Below, one piece after another: positions 19,610 to 29,097 of a stretch of 64,000 bases of DNA. Made by a program: the position numbers and the translations under genes. This DNA comes from Deferribacterales bacterium. GTDB taxonomy: Bacteria; Chrysiogenota; Deferribacteres; Deferribacterales; Geovibrionaceae. Position 1 is the stretch's first letter. Every line of letters begins with the position of its first letter. The notes beneath the pieces are model-generated. The model was not told where the DNA came from. It ran no database searches and was given only the letters and a program-made list of their open reading frames with translations. The DNA lies in contig JBFWMA010000004.1 of the NCBI GenBank assembly GCA_050251875.1, forward strand, positions 64,001 through 128,000. Reading direction: 5' to 3'.

Positions 19610-21007
19610 TTACTTCCTAGGACATCCGGCTTTATTGTCTTTATCATTCATGCATATTTTGTTTCTGCCGGTGCGTTTCGCTTCATAAAGCGCTACATCG
19701 GCTCGGATGAGCATGTTGTCCACTGTGTCATCTGCCACAAGCTCGGCAACACCTCCGCTGACGGTGATTGAAGCGTCATCTATAATGCGAAGAGCGGTCA
19801 GCTGTTCCCTGATTCTCTCCGCCACATTAACAGCGGACTGGCTGTCTGTCTCGGGGCATATAACCAGAAACTCTTCACCGCCCCATCTGCCCAGATAATC
19901 GATATTTCTGATGCTGTCCGATGCCAGCGAAGCGAACCTTTTCAGCACTTCATCACCCCTCTGGTGACCGTATGTATCGTTAACGTTCTTAAAGTGGTCT
20001 ATGTCAAAAATGATAATACTGAACGGACGGGTATATCGTGAGGCTCTTTCGAACTCCCGTTCCAGTATCTGCGTCAGTCTCGCTCTGTTCAGCAGTTTTG
20101 TCAGCATGTCGGTGTTGGATAGTACCGTCAGTTTCTTGTTCAGCCTGTTCAAACGTAAAATCCAGAAAAAACTGACGACTATAGCCACGGCAAAAAATGA
20201 TGCGAATTTATAAAATATGCGGTAATCCAGCCCTTTTTTAATAACTATAGCCACATGATCGTTGATAATCTTCTCCCGCTCCACAGGGGTTATAGTCAGA
20301 ACAGCTTTGTTCAGAACTTCCCGTAGAACAGGTTCAGATTTTATGACGCCGATGCTCAGCTTGTTGGTGAAGTCGGGCAGTTGTCCGGCGATTTTCAGGT
20401 TGAAAAAACCTTGTTCTCTTATGGTATATGCCGCCATAATCAGAGACCGCATTGTCATGTCGGCCTTGCCTTTGTCCACCGCCTCGAACGCTTCTTTTTC
20501 TGATTTCACTATGATTATCTTCAGGTTAGGGTATTTGCTCCTGACGAACTCTTCCATGGCTGTCCCCTCGGGAAAGACTATGGTTTCGTTGTCCAGAGCG
20601 GAGGGGTCGGATATGTATTTGTGTTCGTTTCTGGTGATGAAAACGTTGTAATCGGTGAAGTGCGGCGCAGTGAATATCAGCCATTCTTCCCTTACCGGGG
20701 TTTTGTTCAGAAAGCTGACTGCCTGACATTTTCCCTCTTTTGATGCCTTTATGCTTTCGTCCCAGTCGGCTGTTCTGTAGAGCACAGGTTTCAGTCCCGC
20801 GCGCCCCGATGCCAGACGAAGCAGATCGGCGGCTATGCCGTAGTATTCATCTTTTTCATTAACAGCTTCAAATGGATACCAGTCGGGATCGACACAAACG
20901 GAAAACGTCTTATGTGTTTTGACGTATTCAGCCTCCTGCGGCGTCAGGGTGACGGCAGAGGCGGTGGAACAGATTATAAATAAAAGAAAGGCTATGATGT
21001 GTTTCAT
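19610..21007 (-). CDS. Periplasmic binding domain-TM-GGDEF diguanylate cyclase
   Basis: Signal peptide; DPDWYPFE; RWGGEEF. Confidence 0.9.
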   Translation of the reverse strand: MKHIIAFLLFIICSTASAVTLTPQEAEYVKTHKTFSVCVDPDWYPFEAVNEKDEYYGIAADLLRLASGRAGLKPVLYRTADWDESIKASKEGKCQAVSFLNKTPVREEWLIFTAPHFTDYNVFITRNEHKYISDPSALDNETIVFPEGTAMEEFVRSKYPNLKIIIVKSEKEAFEAVDKGKADMTMRSLIMAAYTIREQGFFNLKIAGQLPDFTNKLSIGVIKSEPVLREVLNKAVLTITPVEREKIINDHVAIVIKKGLDYRIFYKFASFFAVAIVVSFFWILRLNRLNKKLTVLSNTDMLTKLLNRARLTQILEREFERASRYTRPFSIIIFDIDHFKNVNDTYGHQRGDEVLKRFASLASDSIRNIDYLGRWGGEEFLVICPETDSQSAVNVAERIREQLTALRIIDDASITVSGGVAELVADDTVDNMLIRADVALYEAKRTGRNKICMNDKDNKAGCPRK

Positions 21008-21064
21008 AGCCTATTTTAGCATATTAACGCAAAAAAGATAATATTGATTAATCGGCAATTGTCG

Positions 21065-22753
21065 TTACCAGAATTTGACTACGCTGACGATTTTTTTGCC
21101 TGTATTCACAACTTCATTGAACGAATTTTTTATAAGCTCGGCATCCTTATCCAGATCTGTTTTGCCCGCCAGATATTCGTCATATGTGAGTCCGTTGTCA
21201 TATACTTTCGGCAGGCAAACGCCGACTGATGCGGCGGCGCATCTGCTTCCGTCTGTCCACCATGCGTTGCCGTATGCGGTGGTAAGGCTCCGGGTGAAAT
21301 AATGCGCATCTGTCAGGTTGGCGTATGACATGTTTGAAAAATCCATCTGGACGTTGTTCATCCATGCATTTCTGAAATCCGCGCCCTTCAGATTGCATGT
21401 CATAAATTCAACAGAATAGCCGTCATTTCCGTATATTGCATTTCCCTCTTCGAAATCGGTATATGAGAAATCTGCCTGAGTGAAATTACTGTTCTGAGCA
21501 TATCCGTATACTGTTGACGATGAAAAATGCGCATGTGAAAAATCAGTGTTATACGCATTTATCTCTACAATGCTGTCTATAAATTTCGCATATCTGAAGT
21601 CGGAGTTCGCTATCGGAAAAACATCGCTGTATGAGTGAGATAAGTCGTATAACAGAGCTATTGTATATACGTCAAGCGGATCATAATCCATATTTGCTTT
21701 CAGCGTGGATCTATTAAAAACAGTATTGCTGAAGTCGCAGTTATCAATTCTTTTTGTATTATCGTCTGCTGTTAAGTAATGTGTGTAGGTATTTATCGGG
21801 CATTTTATGAATGACGCTCCTGAAAAATCGGCATTGTATACGTTAATGGTCATAGCTCGCCAGTTATATACATTTCCGGAAAAATCGCCGCCGTCTGAAT
21901 CAATATCTGTAATTCCGCCTACCAGCTCTCTTGCGGTGACATTAGTGGCGGTTTTTTCTGTAACAGACCTTTCGGTGGTGAAGTCATAAGGAACGGAGGA
22001 GAGCTGAAAGCCTAATGCGTCCATCCTTGAGCCGTTATCGGCAAAAATGCTCATATATGCGTCACTGCCGATGATGGAAACAAATCCAAGCCCTGTGTAG
22101 TCTCCGCTGTAGGCGCATCCTGATAGATTATAGCTGATTGTATAGATGTTTTTTTCTGTTTCGGGGGCGGTTATTGTTCCGGTCATTGAGCATCCCCGCC
22201 ATGTGCCTGTCATGCCGCCCGCAGCGTCCACGGTCAGGTTGAGACCGCCGTCAGAGTATGTTCCTGTGAGGTAGGACAGCGAGGCGCCCCTTTCAAAGAG
22301 ATATGAATATGAGGCGTATATTTCGCCTTCCTGATTGTTTTCATTGGAAAAAACGCCGCTGAGGTGATCTTTTTCATCCACAACGGTGGACACTATGCCT
22401 CTGGCAAAGGCGAGCCCTTCGTTGTATATGTCGTACAGCATATATTCTGTGTCTGAACCGACCTGTCCGTCCGACACAAGCACTTTACTGCCCTGCATGT
22501 CGTATGTGCCGGAGAATAACACGCCTGCGTCTTCGGAAACACCGAGTATCTTGCCGTCATAGATGACTATCCGCATGTCGTATGCGCCGACACCTATAAT
22601 GGTCTGATAGCCCAGCCAAAAACCTTCGGGGTCGACTTCGTCTATGGTCTGCACGTTGTTGCGGAGGGATGTATTGTCCCCGTCTCCGCCGCCCATACAT
22701 GAAACGAGCGATAAACATGAGAAAAGCAGTAGGGTTAATTTAAAAAGTCTCAA
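21065..22753 (-). CDS. Lipoprotein with C-terminal pentapeptide repeats
   Basis: Lipobox LVSC; ADFS/ANLT repeats; WTDGSRC...SVGVC tail. Confidence 0.75.
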   Translation of the reverse strand: MRLFKLTLLLFSCLSLVSCMGGGDGDNTSLRNNVQTIDEVDPEGFWLGYQTIIGVGAYDMRIVIYDGKILGVSEDAGVLFSGTYDMQGSKVLVSDGQVGSDTEYMLYDIYNEGLAFARGIVSTVVDEKDHLSGVFSNENNQEGEIYASYSYLFERGASLSYLTGTYSDGGLNLTVDAAGGMTGTWRGCSMTGTITAPETEKNIYTISYNLSGCAYSGDYTGLGFVSIIGSDAYMSIFADNGSRMDALGFQLSSVPYDFTTERSVTEKTATNVTARELVGGITDIDSDGGDFSGNVYNWRAMTINVYNADFSGASFIKCPINTYTHYLTADDNTKRIDNCDFSNTVFNRSTLKANMDYDPLDVYTIALLYDLSHSYSDVFPIANSDFRYAKFIDSIVEINAYNTDFSHAHFSSSTVYGYAQNSNFTQADFSYTDFEEGNAIYGNDGYSVEFMTCNLKGADFRNAWMNNVQMDFSNMSYANLTDAHYFTRSLTTAYGNAWWTDGSRCAAASVGVCLPKVYDNGLTYDEYLAGKTDLDKDAELIKNSFNEVVNTGKKIVSVVKFW

Positions 22754-22993
22754 CTAAAACTCCTGATAAAAGCCGAATAAATTTAAAGCGTTTGCGAATA
22801 ATAAAAAAGCCTCTTAGCAAGGCTCTAATACATAATAACAAAACAATAGTTTGATTACAAATGAAAATGTTTATGTAGGAATTAATGCGGTGTGACGGTT
22901 ACGGATACAGGAGAATCTGTGCGAAAGGTGTTTCCAGCCGCCCCGCCTGCATCCGGTGATTAATTCTGTCACATAGTGCCTTTCCGCCGCCGC

Positions 22994-24316
22994 TTAGCTT
23001 ATAATGACGCTCTGGGTGATGTCGACTACTGATCCATCGCTCATATAGCTGAACACGGCAGATGTGTTCTGCGCTCCGGTGGAAATAACAGCGAAAGTAC
23101 GCTCCGCGCCGGAATATACGTTGTTGTGGTCTACCCATGTACCGGAGTTCACATAGAACTTTCCTCCGCCGGCAGATGTGCAGGATGGAACATGCGTATG
23201 CCCGAAAACCACAATCTCCACATTCTCCGCAGGATTATCAAGATAATTCTCTTTGGCTCTGGCAAAATACGCTTTGTGGTCAACAGCTCCGAGAATGGCA
23301 GGGATAAATGAGTTGGGAACGTTCACTCCGTTGAGAGTCTGACGTTCGGTCCATGTCCGCTGAATATTTTTGTAAAGCACAGGGGCGGTAATTGTTCCGT
23401 CTGTCTGCTGTGCGGGATAGAAGTCCAGATAAGAATAAGAGTCGTCAAACCCGCATATCCGCATGTCGAATATCTTCCTATTGAGGGGTTCGTAAGGAGT
23501 TATGCGTGAGGACACGCTTTTGAGCACGGCGTAATACAGATAAGCTCCGTACTGATCGGTATCGCTCTGTGCGGGCACTGTGGTTACCACCGGCAGATTT
23601 TTTTCAATCTCAGGATATCCTTCATCCACCCATGTGGCGCCATAGCGTGCATAAAAATATCCGGCAGGCAGAATCGTTTCATCGTTGCCGCACAGCGCTG
23701 CGTTGGAGACAGTATCCGGAGCAGAGAACACATCATAACGATGTCCGTGTTCGATCACTATCTCGTTATTGCTTCCTGTGTAGTATGAGCCGAGTCCTCT
23801 GACATCTCTGGCCTGAACCATCCCGGGGACAGCTCTTTGCAGAACGTCCTCTTCAAGTGTAAGATCGTGGTTGCCGGGAACATAGACAACCTTGATACCG
23901 CTGTCTATCACATTGTTCAGTTCATCGAACACAGCCTTATTGTTCTCTATCACGTCTTTGTAAAACTGATCCTGATCGGTGTAGGAAGGGTAATGGACAG
24001 GCAGAAACCACTCATCCAGAAAGTCTCCGGCAATAACCAGCTCGCTCACGTCTATGGTGCTCTGGATACGCTTTAAAAATTGTACCAGATAAGGGCGGTT
24101 GGTTAATGTTTCCGTGAATGCGTCATCAACTCCGAGGTGAATGTCGCTGATGACAACTATTTTGTTTCTAGAGCTGTCGGGATTCCAAAGCGGATTTTCA
24201 TCGGAATCTTCAGAGGCGAAAATCGCGTCTGCGCATCCGGCGGTGTTCAGAGCGACAAAGCAGGCTCCGGCGCCGATCCCCAGAGTTTTGATAAAATGTC
24301 TTCGGGAAAATTTCAT
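22994..24316 (-). CDS. Tat-exported calcineurin-like metallophosphoesterase
   Basis: SRRHFIK Tat motif; SDIHLG, GDFLD, GNHD, HGH, FGHTH. Confidence 0.88.
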   Translation of the reverse strand: MKFSRRHFIKTLGIGAGACFVALNTAGCADAIFASEDSDENPLWNPDSSRNKIVVISDIHLGVDDAFTETLTNRPYLVQFLKRIQSTIDVSELVIAGDFLDEWFLPVHYPSYTDQDQFYKDVIENNKAVFDELNNVIDSGIKVVYVPGNHDLTLEEDVLQRAVPGMVQARDVRGLGSYYTGSNNEIVIEHGHRYDVFSAPDTVSNAALCGNDETILPAGYFYARYGATWVDEGYPEIEKNLPVVTTVPAQSDTDQYGAYLYYAVLKSVSSRITPYEPLNRKIFDMRICGFDDSYSYLDFYPAQQTDGTITAPVLYKNIQRTWTERQTLNGVNVPNSFIPAILGAVDHKAYFARAKENYLDNPAENVEIVVFGHTHVPSCTSAGGGKFYVNSGTWVDHNNVYSGAERTFAVISTGAQNTSAVFSYMSDGSVVDITQSVIIS

Positions 24317-24424
24317 GATGAGCCTCCAAGGATCGATAAATGTTGTCTTCATGATAACTCAAAAAGTTTCAGGAAAGCGTGCTTGCGCTTAAAAGACTCA
24401 TTTTTACACTTATTAATCCTGTAA

Positions 24425-25705
24425 TCAGACCAGAAGACGTACCCGAAAGATGCCGTTCTCTATTTTATACAGAAGCTCTCCGTCATATTTCTTCGCAAAT
24501 GCCGCAACGCTCTTGCTGCCGATTCCGTGACCTTCACCGCTTGCGGCAGGATGCCCGTTTTCGTCCAGCACAGAATCCGTGTCGCAGGGATTTTCTATCT
24601 CAAGCAGAAGCCGCCCGACACTCCTGCATATGAATCGTACGCCTGCTCCGTAAGGATTTTTCACGCATGAGTGGATGGCGTTTTCCAGCAGATTAGAAAC
24701 AACCATCGAAAGCTCCAGCGAGTCCACATTCAGTTCGGCTGGAACGTCCATAGTGATTTCCGCGCGTATGCCCTCCTGATCGGCTATTCCGGCATAGTGA
24801 CTTACAGCGGCGTTAACGGCGGGATTCTCACAGAAAACTCTGCTGACTTTAGGCGCGGTCTGGTTCTGCTTTTGCAAAAGCGCCTCCGCCTCCTGTGTGT
24901 GTCCCTGTTCCAGAAGCTCCAGCAGAACGTTATTAAAATGCCTGCGGTCGTGTGCGGTACGGCTGTCCAGTTCAGAAGCCTCTTCCATAAGTTTCAGTCT
25001 CTCGGACATGCTGTTCGCCGCCAGCTGGAGATATTCCCGCTCCGCCTGAATAGACTGATTCTCCTCCCGCATCTCATACTGCTTTGTTATGGCTTTCAGA
25101 GAGTGGATTATGGTGACATACACCGACAGCCCGAGGAGAATAAGCAGAAGCAGCTGGATATAATTGTTGAGCAGTGTGTGTTTGATATCGCCGCCGAAAA
25201 AATATCCCATGAAGCATGCAAAAAGCAGGACGACAGGCAGAATGTACATGTGCCAGTAGTCCAGTACGTTCCGGTAGGGCTTCGAAACCCATTTACGGAA
25301 TACAAAAATGACAATTGAGAACAGTATCAGACGCAAAAAAATGTGTCCGTATTTAGGGTCGGGAAACACCCGGCTGAAAGTGTAGCTCACGAAAACAATA
25401 GCGGCGTGGATATTCAGCATGGTGATGTAGCTGAAGCACCACTGCATTATTGTGTCAGAAAAGAGGGGCTTCATGACGACTCCGATAACCAGCAGTATCG
25501 CAAGGTCAACATAAAAAACCGCTGTATAGTCCTCTGTCCGGTAAAAGTAATAGTTGATAATTAGGTTTGCGGCAATCAGCACCGCGGAGGTGACAATGTA
25601 GGCGGTTCTGCTTTTGTATTTGGGTCTGGCCATGGTACAGAGCAGAAGTATCAGCATGACATCTGTGACGAACGCCCGGAGCAGGTCAGGAAAATACTGT
25701 TTCAC
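24425..25705 (-). CDS. AgrC/VirS-like multi-TM GHKL histidine kinase
   Basis: About 6 TM segments; HDRRHF; SNLLENAI; GHGIG. Confidence 0.85.
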   Translation of the reverse strand: MKQYFPDLLRAFVTDVMLILLLCTMARPKYKSRTAYIVTSAVLIAANLIINYYFYRTEDYTAVFYVDLAILLVIGVVMKPLFSDTIMQWCFSYITMLNIHAAIVFVSYTFSRVFPDPKYGHIFLRLILFSIVIFVFRKWVSKPYRNVLDYWHMYILPVVLLFACFMGYFFGGDIKHTLLNNYIQLLLLILLGLSVYVTIIHSLKAITKQYEMREENQSIQAEREYLQLAANSMSERLKLMEEASELDSRTAHDRRHFNNVLLELLEQGHTQEAEALLQKQNQTAPKVSRVFCENPAVNAAVSHYAGIADQEGIRAEITMDVPAELNVDSLELSMVVSNLLENAIHSCVKNPYGAGVRFICRSVGRLLLEIENPCDTDSVLDENGHPAASGEGHGIGSKSVAAFAKKYDGELLYKIENGIFRVRLLV

Positions 25706-25707
25706 TG

Positions 25708-26439
25708 TTATCCCCTTTTTGCAGAAATATAGTCCATGTATGCGTCCCGCACCGCGGGGTAACGTTTTGCCGCTATGGGCACAACCATTCCGCCGAAGAA
25801 CGTGAAGCTCTCTTTGGAAAAATGCTCAATTCTGTGCATATTAACCACAAAAGCGTTGTGGCATTGTAAAAAGTGTCTGTTTTTTAACAATGGAGCGCAG
25901 TATTGCGAAAAACTCTCTCTGAAAGTACGGCTTAAAATCTCCTCACCGCTTTTCAGGGTGAAGCAGACGGAATGACTACGGTATTCACAGCATACTATGT
26001 CCCGCAGTCTGAGAACCCTCAGGCTGCCTGCTGTTTTTACGGAAAATATCTGTTCTTCGGCAATGTCAGCTCTGGAGACGGCGAGGGACATAGCGTCAAA
26101 AAGTTTCTGTCTGTCTATTGGTTTGACGAGATAATTTATGGGGTTGGCGGCATATGCCTGCAAAGCGAACTGTGGCTCTGTTGTGGCAAAGATGATCTGC
26201 GCTTCGCTGTCAGAACGGCGAATCTCCATGCCCAGTTCCAGACCGCTGACCATGGGCATCACTATGTCCAGAATGTAGATATGAAAACTGCCTGATTCAA
26301 TAGCTGTAAGAAGAGCATCGGGATGGGAGAAACCTGTCACCACGGCATCGAAACCGTTTGCGGACACAAATTCATCAGTCAGTGAAACAAGTCTCCGCAG
26401 ATCTTCCGGCAGATCATCGCAGATCGCAATTCGCAGCAT
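25708..26439 (-). CDS. LytTR-family response regulator (AgrA/VirR-like)
   Basis: IAICDD, LDIVMP, YLVKP, FLQCHNAFVVN. Confidence 0.9.
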   Translation of the reverse strand: MLRIAICDDLPEDLRRLVSLTDEFVSANGFDAVVTGFSHPDALLTAIESGSFHIYILDIVMPMVSGLELGMEIRRSDSEAQIIFATTEPQFALQAYAANPINYLVKPIDRQKLFDAMSLAVSRADIAEEQIFSVKTAGSLRVLRLRDIVCCEYRSHSVCFTLKSGEEILSRTFRESFSQYCAPLLKNRHFLQCHNAFVVNMHRIEHFSKESFTFFGGMVVPIAAKRYPAVRDAYMDYISAKRG

Positions 26440-26753
26440 CAGTCACTTCCGCTTTATAATATTAAACATACTGTCATATTTGTATTATTACAGCACCCGC
26501 ACAAAATATCAATTGATTAAGGTTAGTTGACTAATCTTCATTAATAAATGAGAAAAATACGAAAACTGCTATTCCGGAATTTAAGCAATGGATAATGATG
26601 AAAATGGAACGTTTGGAATCGCTTTTGATGCGGCTTTGTCCTAAAGCCTTTCAAAAGCCAGTCTGTTCACTTCCGCAGACATCCTGTCTGCTCATCCTCC
26701 CTGTTCGGTCGGCGTTCACAGCCGTTCGATTCCCTTTGTCTGCTCTATAACGC

Positions 26754-26778
26754 AAAAAAGACACCCGAAGGTGTCTTT
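26754..26778 (-). terminator. Intrinsic terminator, probably the original ssrA terminator
   Basis: Minus strand AAAGACACC-TTCG-GGTGTCTTTTTT just past the displaced ssrA 3' end. Confidence 0.8.
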
Positions 26779-26786
26779 ATTTCCGT

Positions 26787-26807
26787 ATGGAGGCGGTGGG
26801 AATCGAA
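26787..26807 (-). repeat. att site: displaced 21-bp ssrA 3' end (outer end of island A)
   Basis: ATGGAGGCGGTGGGAATCGAA, identical to 56097-56117. Confidence 0.92.
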
Positions 26808-26916
26808 TTATAGTCCTTGCATTATAATGTCTTATACAATATTCAAATAAATTAGATGTTGACAGTGCTTTATGAAATATTATATATAATATTTCATCAT
26901 ATTGCATCAGAAATAT

Positions 26917-26956
26917 TGGTGACAAATGGTGACATAATAGTGGCGATTTAGTGACA
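26917..26956 (+). repeat. Arm-type integrase sites, island A left end
   Basis: TGGTGACA 26917 and 26927, TAGTGGCG 26938, TAGTGACA 26949. Confidence 0.75.
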
Positions 26957-27002
26957 CGAAACGGAATCGAACCGAGAGCCACAGCACGGAATCTAATCAG
27001 GG

Positions 27003-28256
27003 TTGAATATGGCAGATTTACCAAAAGGAATTAGAGTCAGAGGAAAAAGCAAGCTGATTGAAATTAACCTCTATTACAAGGGTGAACGCCTATTTGTGCG
27101 TACAGGATTACCAGCAACTAAAGAAAACCTTAAACACGCAAACATTCTGCGTGAAACAATGATTAATGCAATCAAACATGACAAGCTCAATGGAACTGAA
27201 CATTTCAGCATTACCGACTACTTGCCAGAGTCAGGAAAGATTAACCAACTTTTAGGCATAAGCACTATAAACAAGGGTGCGACCTTTCAAGACTATGCAG
27301 AAAAATTCAGAAAAAGAATGTTCGAACGCTATGAGTCTGGAGAATATAAATACTCAGCGATTAAAAGCTACAAGACAGGATTAAGAAAACTTGAAACAGC
27401 CTGTTTCTATAAAATGAAAATGCGTGACATAAAGAAGTCACATATTCAGGAATACATCACCCAGTTACTAAGGACTTTGAGTAAAAAATCTGTGAATAAC
27501 ATGTTAACACCAATGCGTCAGGCTTTTGACATGGCTTTTCTTGATGAAGTTATTGACAGCGACCCAGCAGAAAGAGTTATAAGCCCTAGATTTGCTAAGC
27601 CTGAGATGCAACCCCTTACAAGAGATGAGGTGCTTTCTATATTTGCTTATTTGAGAGAACACCACCCCGAACATGCGGGCTATATTGCGTTTATTGCTTA
27701 TACTGGATGCAGAATAGGCGAGGCATTAGCGGCTAAGTGGAAATACCTGTCTCGTAATAATGATGAATGGACTTACTACATAAAAGAAAGCATAGTCGAA
27801 GGGAGAGAAGGCACGCCTAAGACTTTTGAAAGCATAAGGGAAGTACCTATTTTAAAGCCTTTAAAGCCATATATAGAAAAACAAGAAGCTATTTCATTGA
27901 CGACAAGCGAATACATATTCCCAAACCCCAGAACAGGCAGACCATACAGCAAGAACAGAACAGTCATAGAGAAAGTATGGAAGCCTACTTTGCAAAAACT
28001 GGAAATTCCATATAGAGACATGAAGCAGTTGAGACATACCCACGCCGTACTGTCTTTGATTGCAGAAGACAATCTGCATGACATAGCTAAAAGGCTTGGA
28101 CATGCAAACACTGGCATAACAACAAAAGCATATATTAAATACCACAAAGGCTATTCTAAACCTTCAAACCTTGAAACGTATTTAGATGAAAATATAGACT
28201 GCAATAGCAGTGATTTAACAAAAGGAGGCATTAAAGATGCAGATTCAAGTAACTAA
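27003..28256 (+). CDS. int: Tyrosine recombinase/integrase (island A)
   Basis: N-terminal arm-binding domain; TGCRIGE, TPKT, QLRHT, RLGH, catalytic Y. Confidence 0.93.
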   Translation: MNMADLPKGIRVRGKSKLIEINLYYKGERLFVRTGLPATKENLKHANILRETMINAIKHDKLNGTEHFSITDYLPESGKINQLLGISTINKGATFQDYAEKFRKRMFERYESGEYKYSAIKSYKTGLRKLETACFYKMKMRDIKKSHIQEYITQLLRTLSKKSVNNMLTPMRQAFDMAFLDEVIDSDPAERVISPRFAKPEMQPLTRDEVLSIFAYLREHHPEHAGYIAFIAYTGCRIGEALAAKWKYLSRNNDEWTYYIKESIVEGREGTPKTFESIREVPILKPLKPYIEKQEAISLTTSEYIFPNPRTGRPYSKNRTVIEKVWKPTLQKLEIPYRDMKQLRHTHAVLSLIAEDNLHDIAKRLGHANTGITTKAYIKYHKGYSKPSNLETYLDENIDCNSSDLTKGGIKDADSSN

Positions 28257-28404
28257 CCCATTTGACCACAGCGTAGTAGACAACAAGGAGGTGGTGGACA
28301 TCACACAAGCCCCAGAGAGAGCATTAGAGCGTGTTATGTACAACAAAGAGACAGAAGAATACATATTGCTCTGTGACCAACAAGCACTTGTCATTAAACC
28401 TTAA
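28237..28404 (+). CDS. 55-aa hypothetical protein overlapping the int stop (not in ORF track)
   Basis: AAAGGAGG RBS; MQIQVTNPFDHSVVDNKEVVDITQAPERALERVMYNKETEEYILLCDQQALVIKP*. Confidence 0.65.
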   Translation: MQIQVTNPFDHSVVDNKEVVDITQAPERALERVMYNKETEEYILLCDQQALVIKP

Positions 28405-28413
28405 TTTCGGTCT

Positions 28414-28452
28414 TATAAAGCAGACAGCAGAAAGCAAGCTGTCTGTTTTATA
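28414..28452. terminator. Hairpin terminator, possibly bidirectional
   Basis: TATAAAGCAGACAGC / GCTGTCTGTTTTATA stem. Confidence 0.65.
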
Positions 28453-28680
28453 TAGCTGAAATATACCGCCTAAGTGGTAGATGTCTTTCAATAAAAGGCG
28501 TTGATTTTTCATTTCAGTCTTGCTATATTTTTTTAAATCTAAAGGCATACCGCCTTAGATTATACCACCAAGTTAACAGGAGAAAATGACAACTATGGCA
28601 AACGCCAAATTGGTAGTTATGCACGCTATTGTTGCGTGCTCTGTTATAGAACTTGGAACGTATAATTTAAGGAGGAACAT

Positions 28681-29097
28681 ATGTTCAGCAACGGAATCGA
28701 AGCTCTTAATTTCATAAGAGAACACCAATCACATTCACATTTTAAATGTATGACTCAGGCAGTAATCGACTACGCACAAACTGGTCAAATGGAAGAAGCC
28801 TATGACCCTATTGAGGTTATTACATGCTATTCTGACCTTTTAAGGCTCAGTAAACAACTTCCGGGAGAGGACAGAGAAGTTTTGCAGGCTTACATCAACA
28901 ATGGTCTTGATGGTTATTATGGGGCTTTGGCTCTCATTAAGGCAAAGTACCCGGAGAACGCCACAGCTGAAATGCAAAAAGTAAAGTTTTTGATGTGTTT
29001 AGCAGGCTATGAACAGCTATTAAGAGAGCATGAATACATTACTGGTAATGTTGTCAGCATATTCAGTGCGTTGAACTCTCTTGAGGTAGCGGCATGA
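28681..29097 (+). CDS. Hypothetical protein
   Basis: AAGGAGG RBS; ATGA-coupled to the next gene. Confidence 0.75.
   Translation: MFSNGIEALNFIREHQSHSHFKCMTQAVIDYAQTGQMEEAYDPIEVITCYSDLLRLSKQLPGEDREVLQAYINNGLDGYYGALALIKAKYPENATAEMQKVKFLMCLAGYEQLLREHEYITGNVVSIFSALNSLEVAA

Noticed and set aside
26787..26807. tRNA gene suggested by the T-arm/CCA motif (also at 40591)
   Set aside because: Only ssrA 3' fragments; no D-arm or anticodon arm. These are att sites.
26963..26973. Extra GGAATCGAACC matching the att core
   Set aside because: Only 11 bp with no flanking ssrA identity; cannot be distinguished from chance.
28586..28717. 43-codon ORF after AGGAG
   Set aside because: Overlaps the stronger RBS/start of 28681 and an operator-rich region; no recognisable features.
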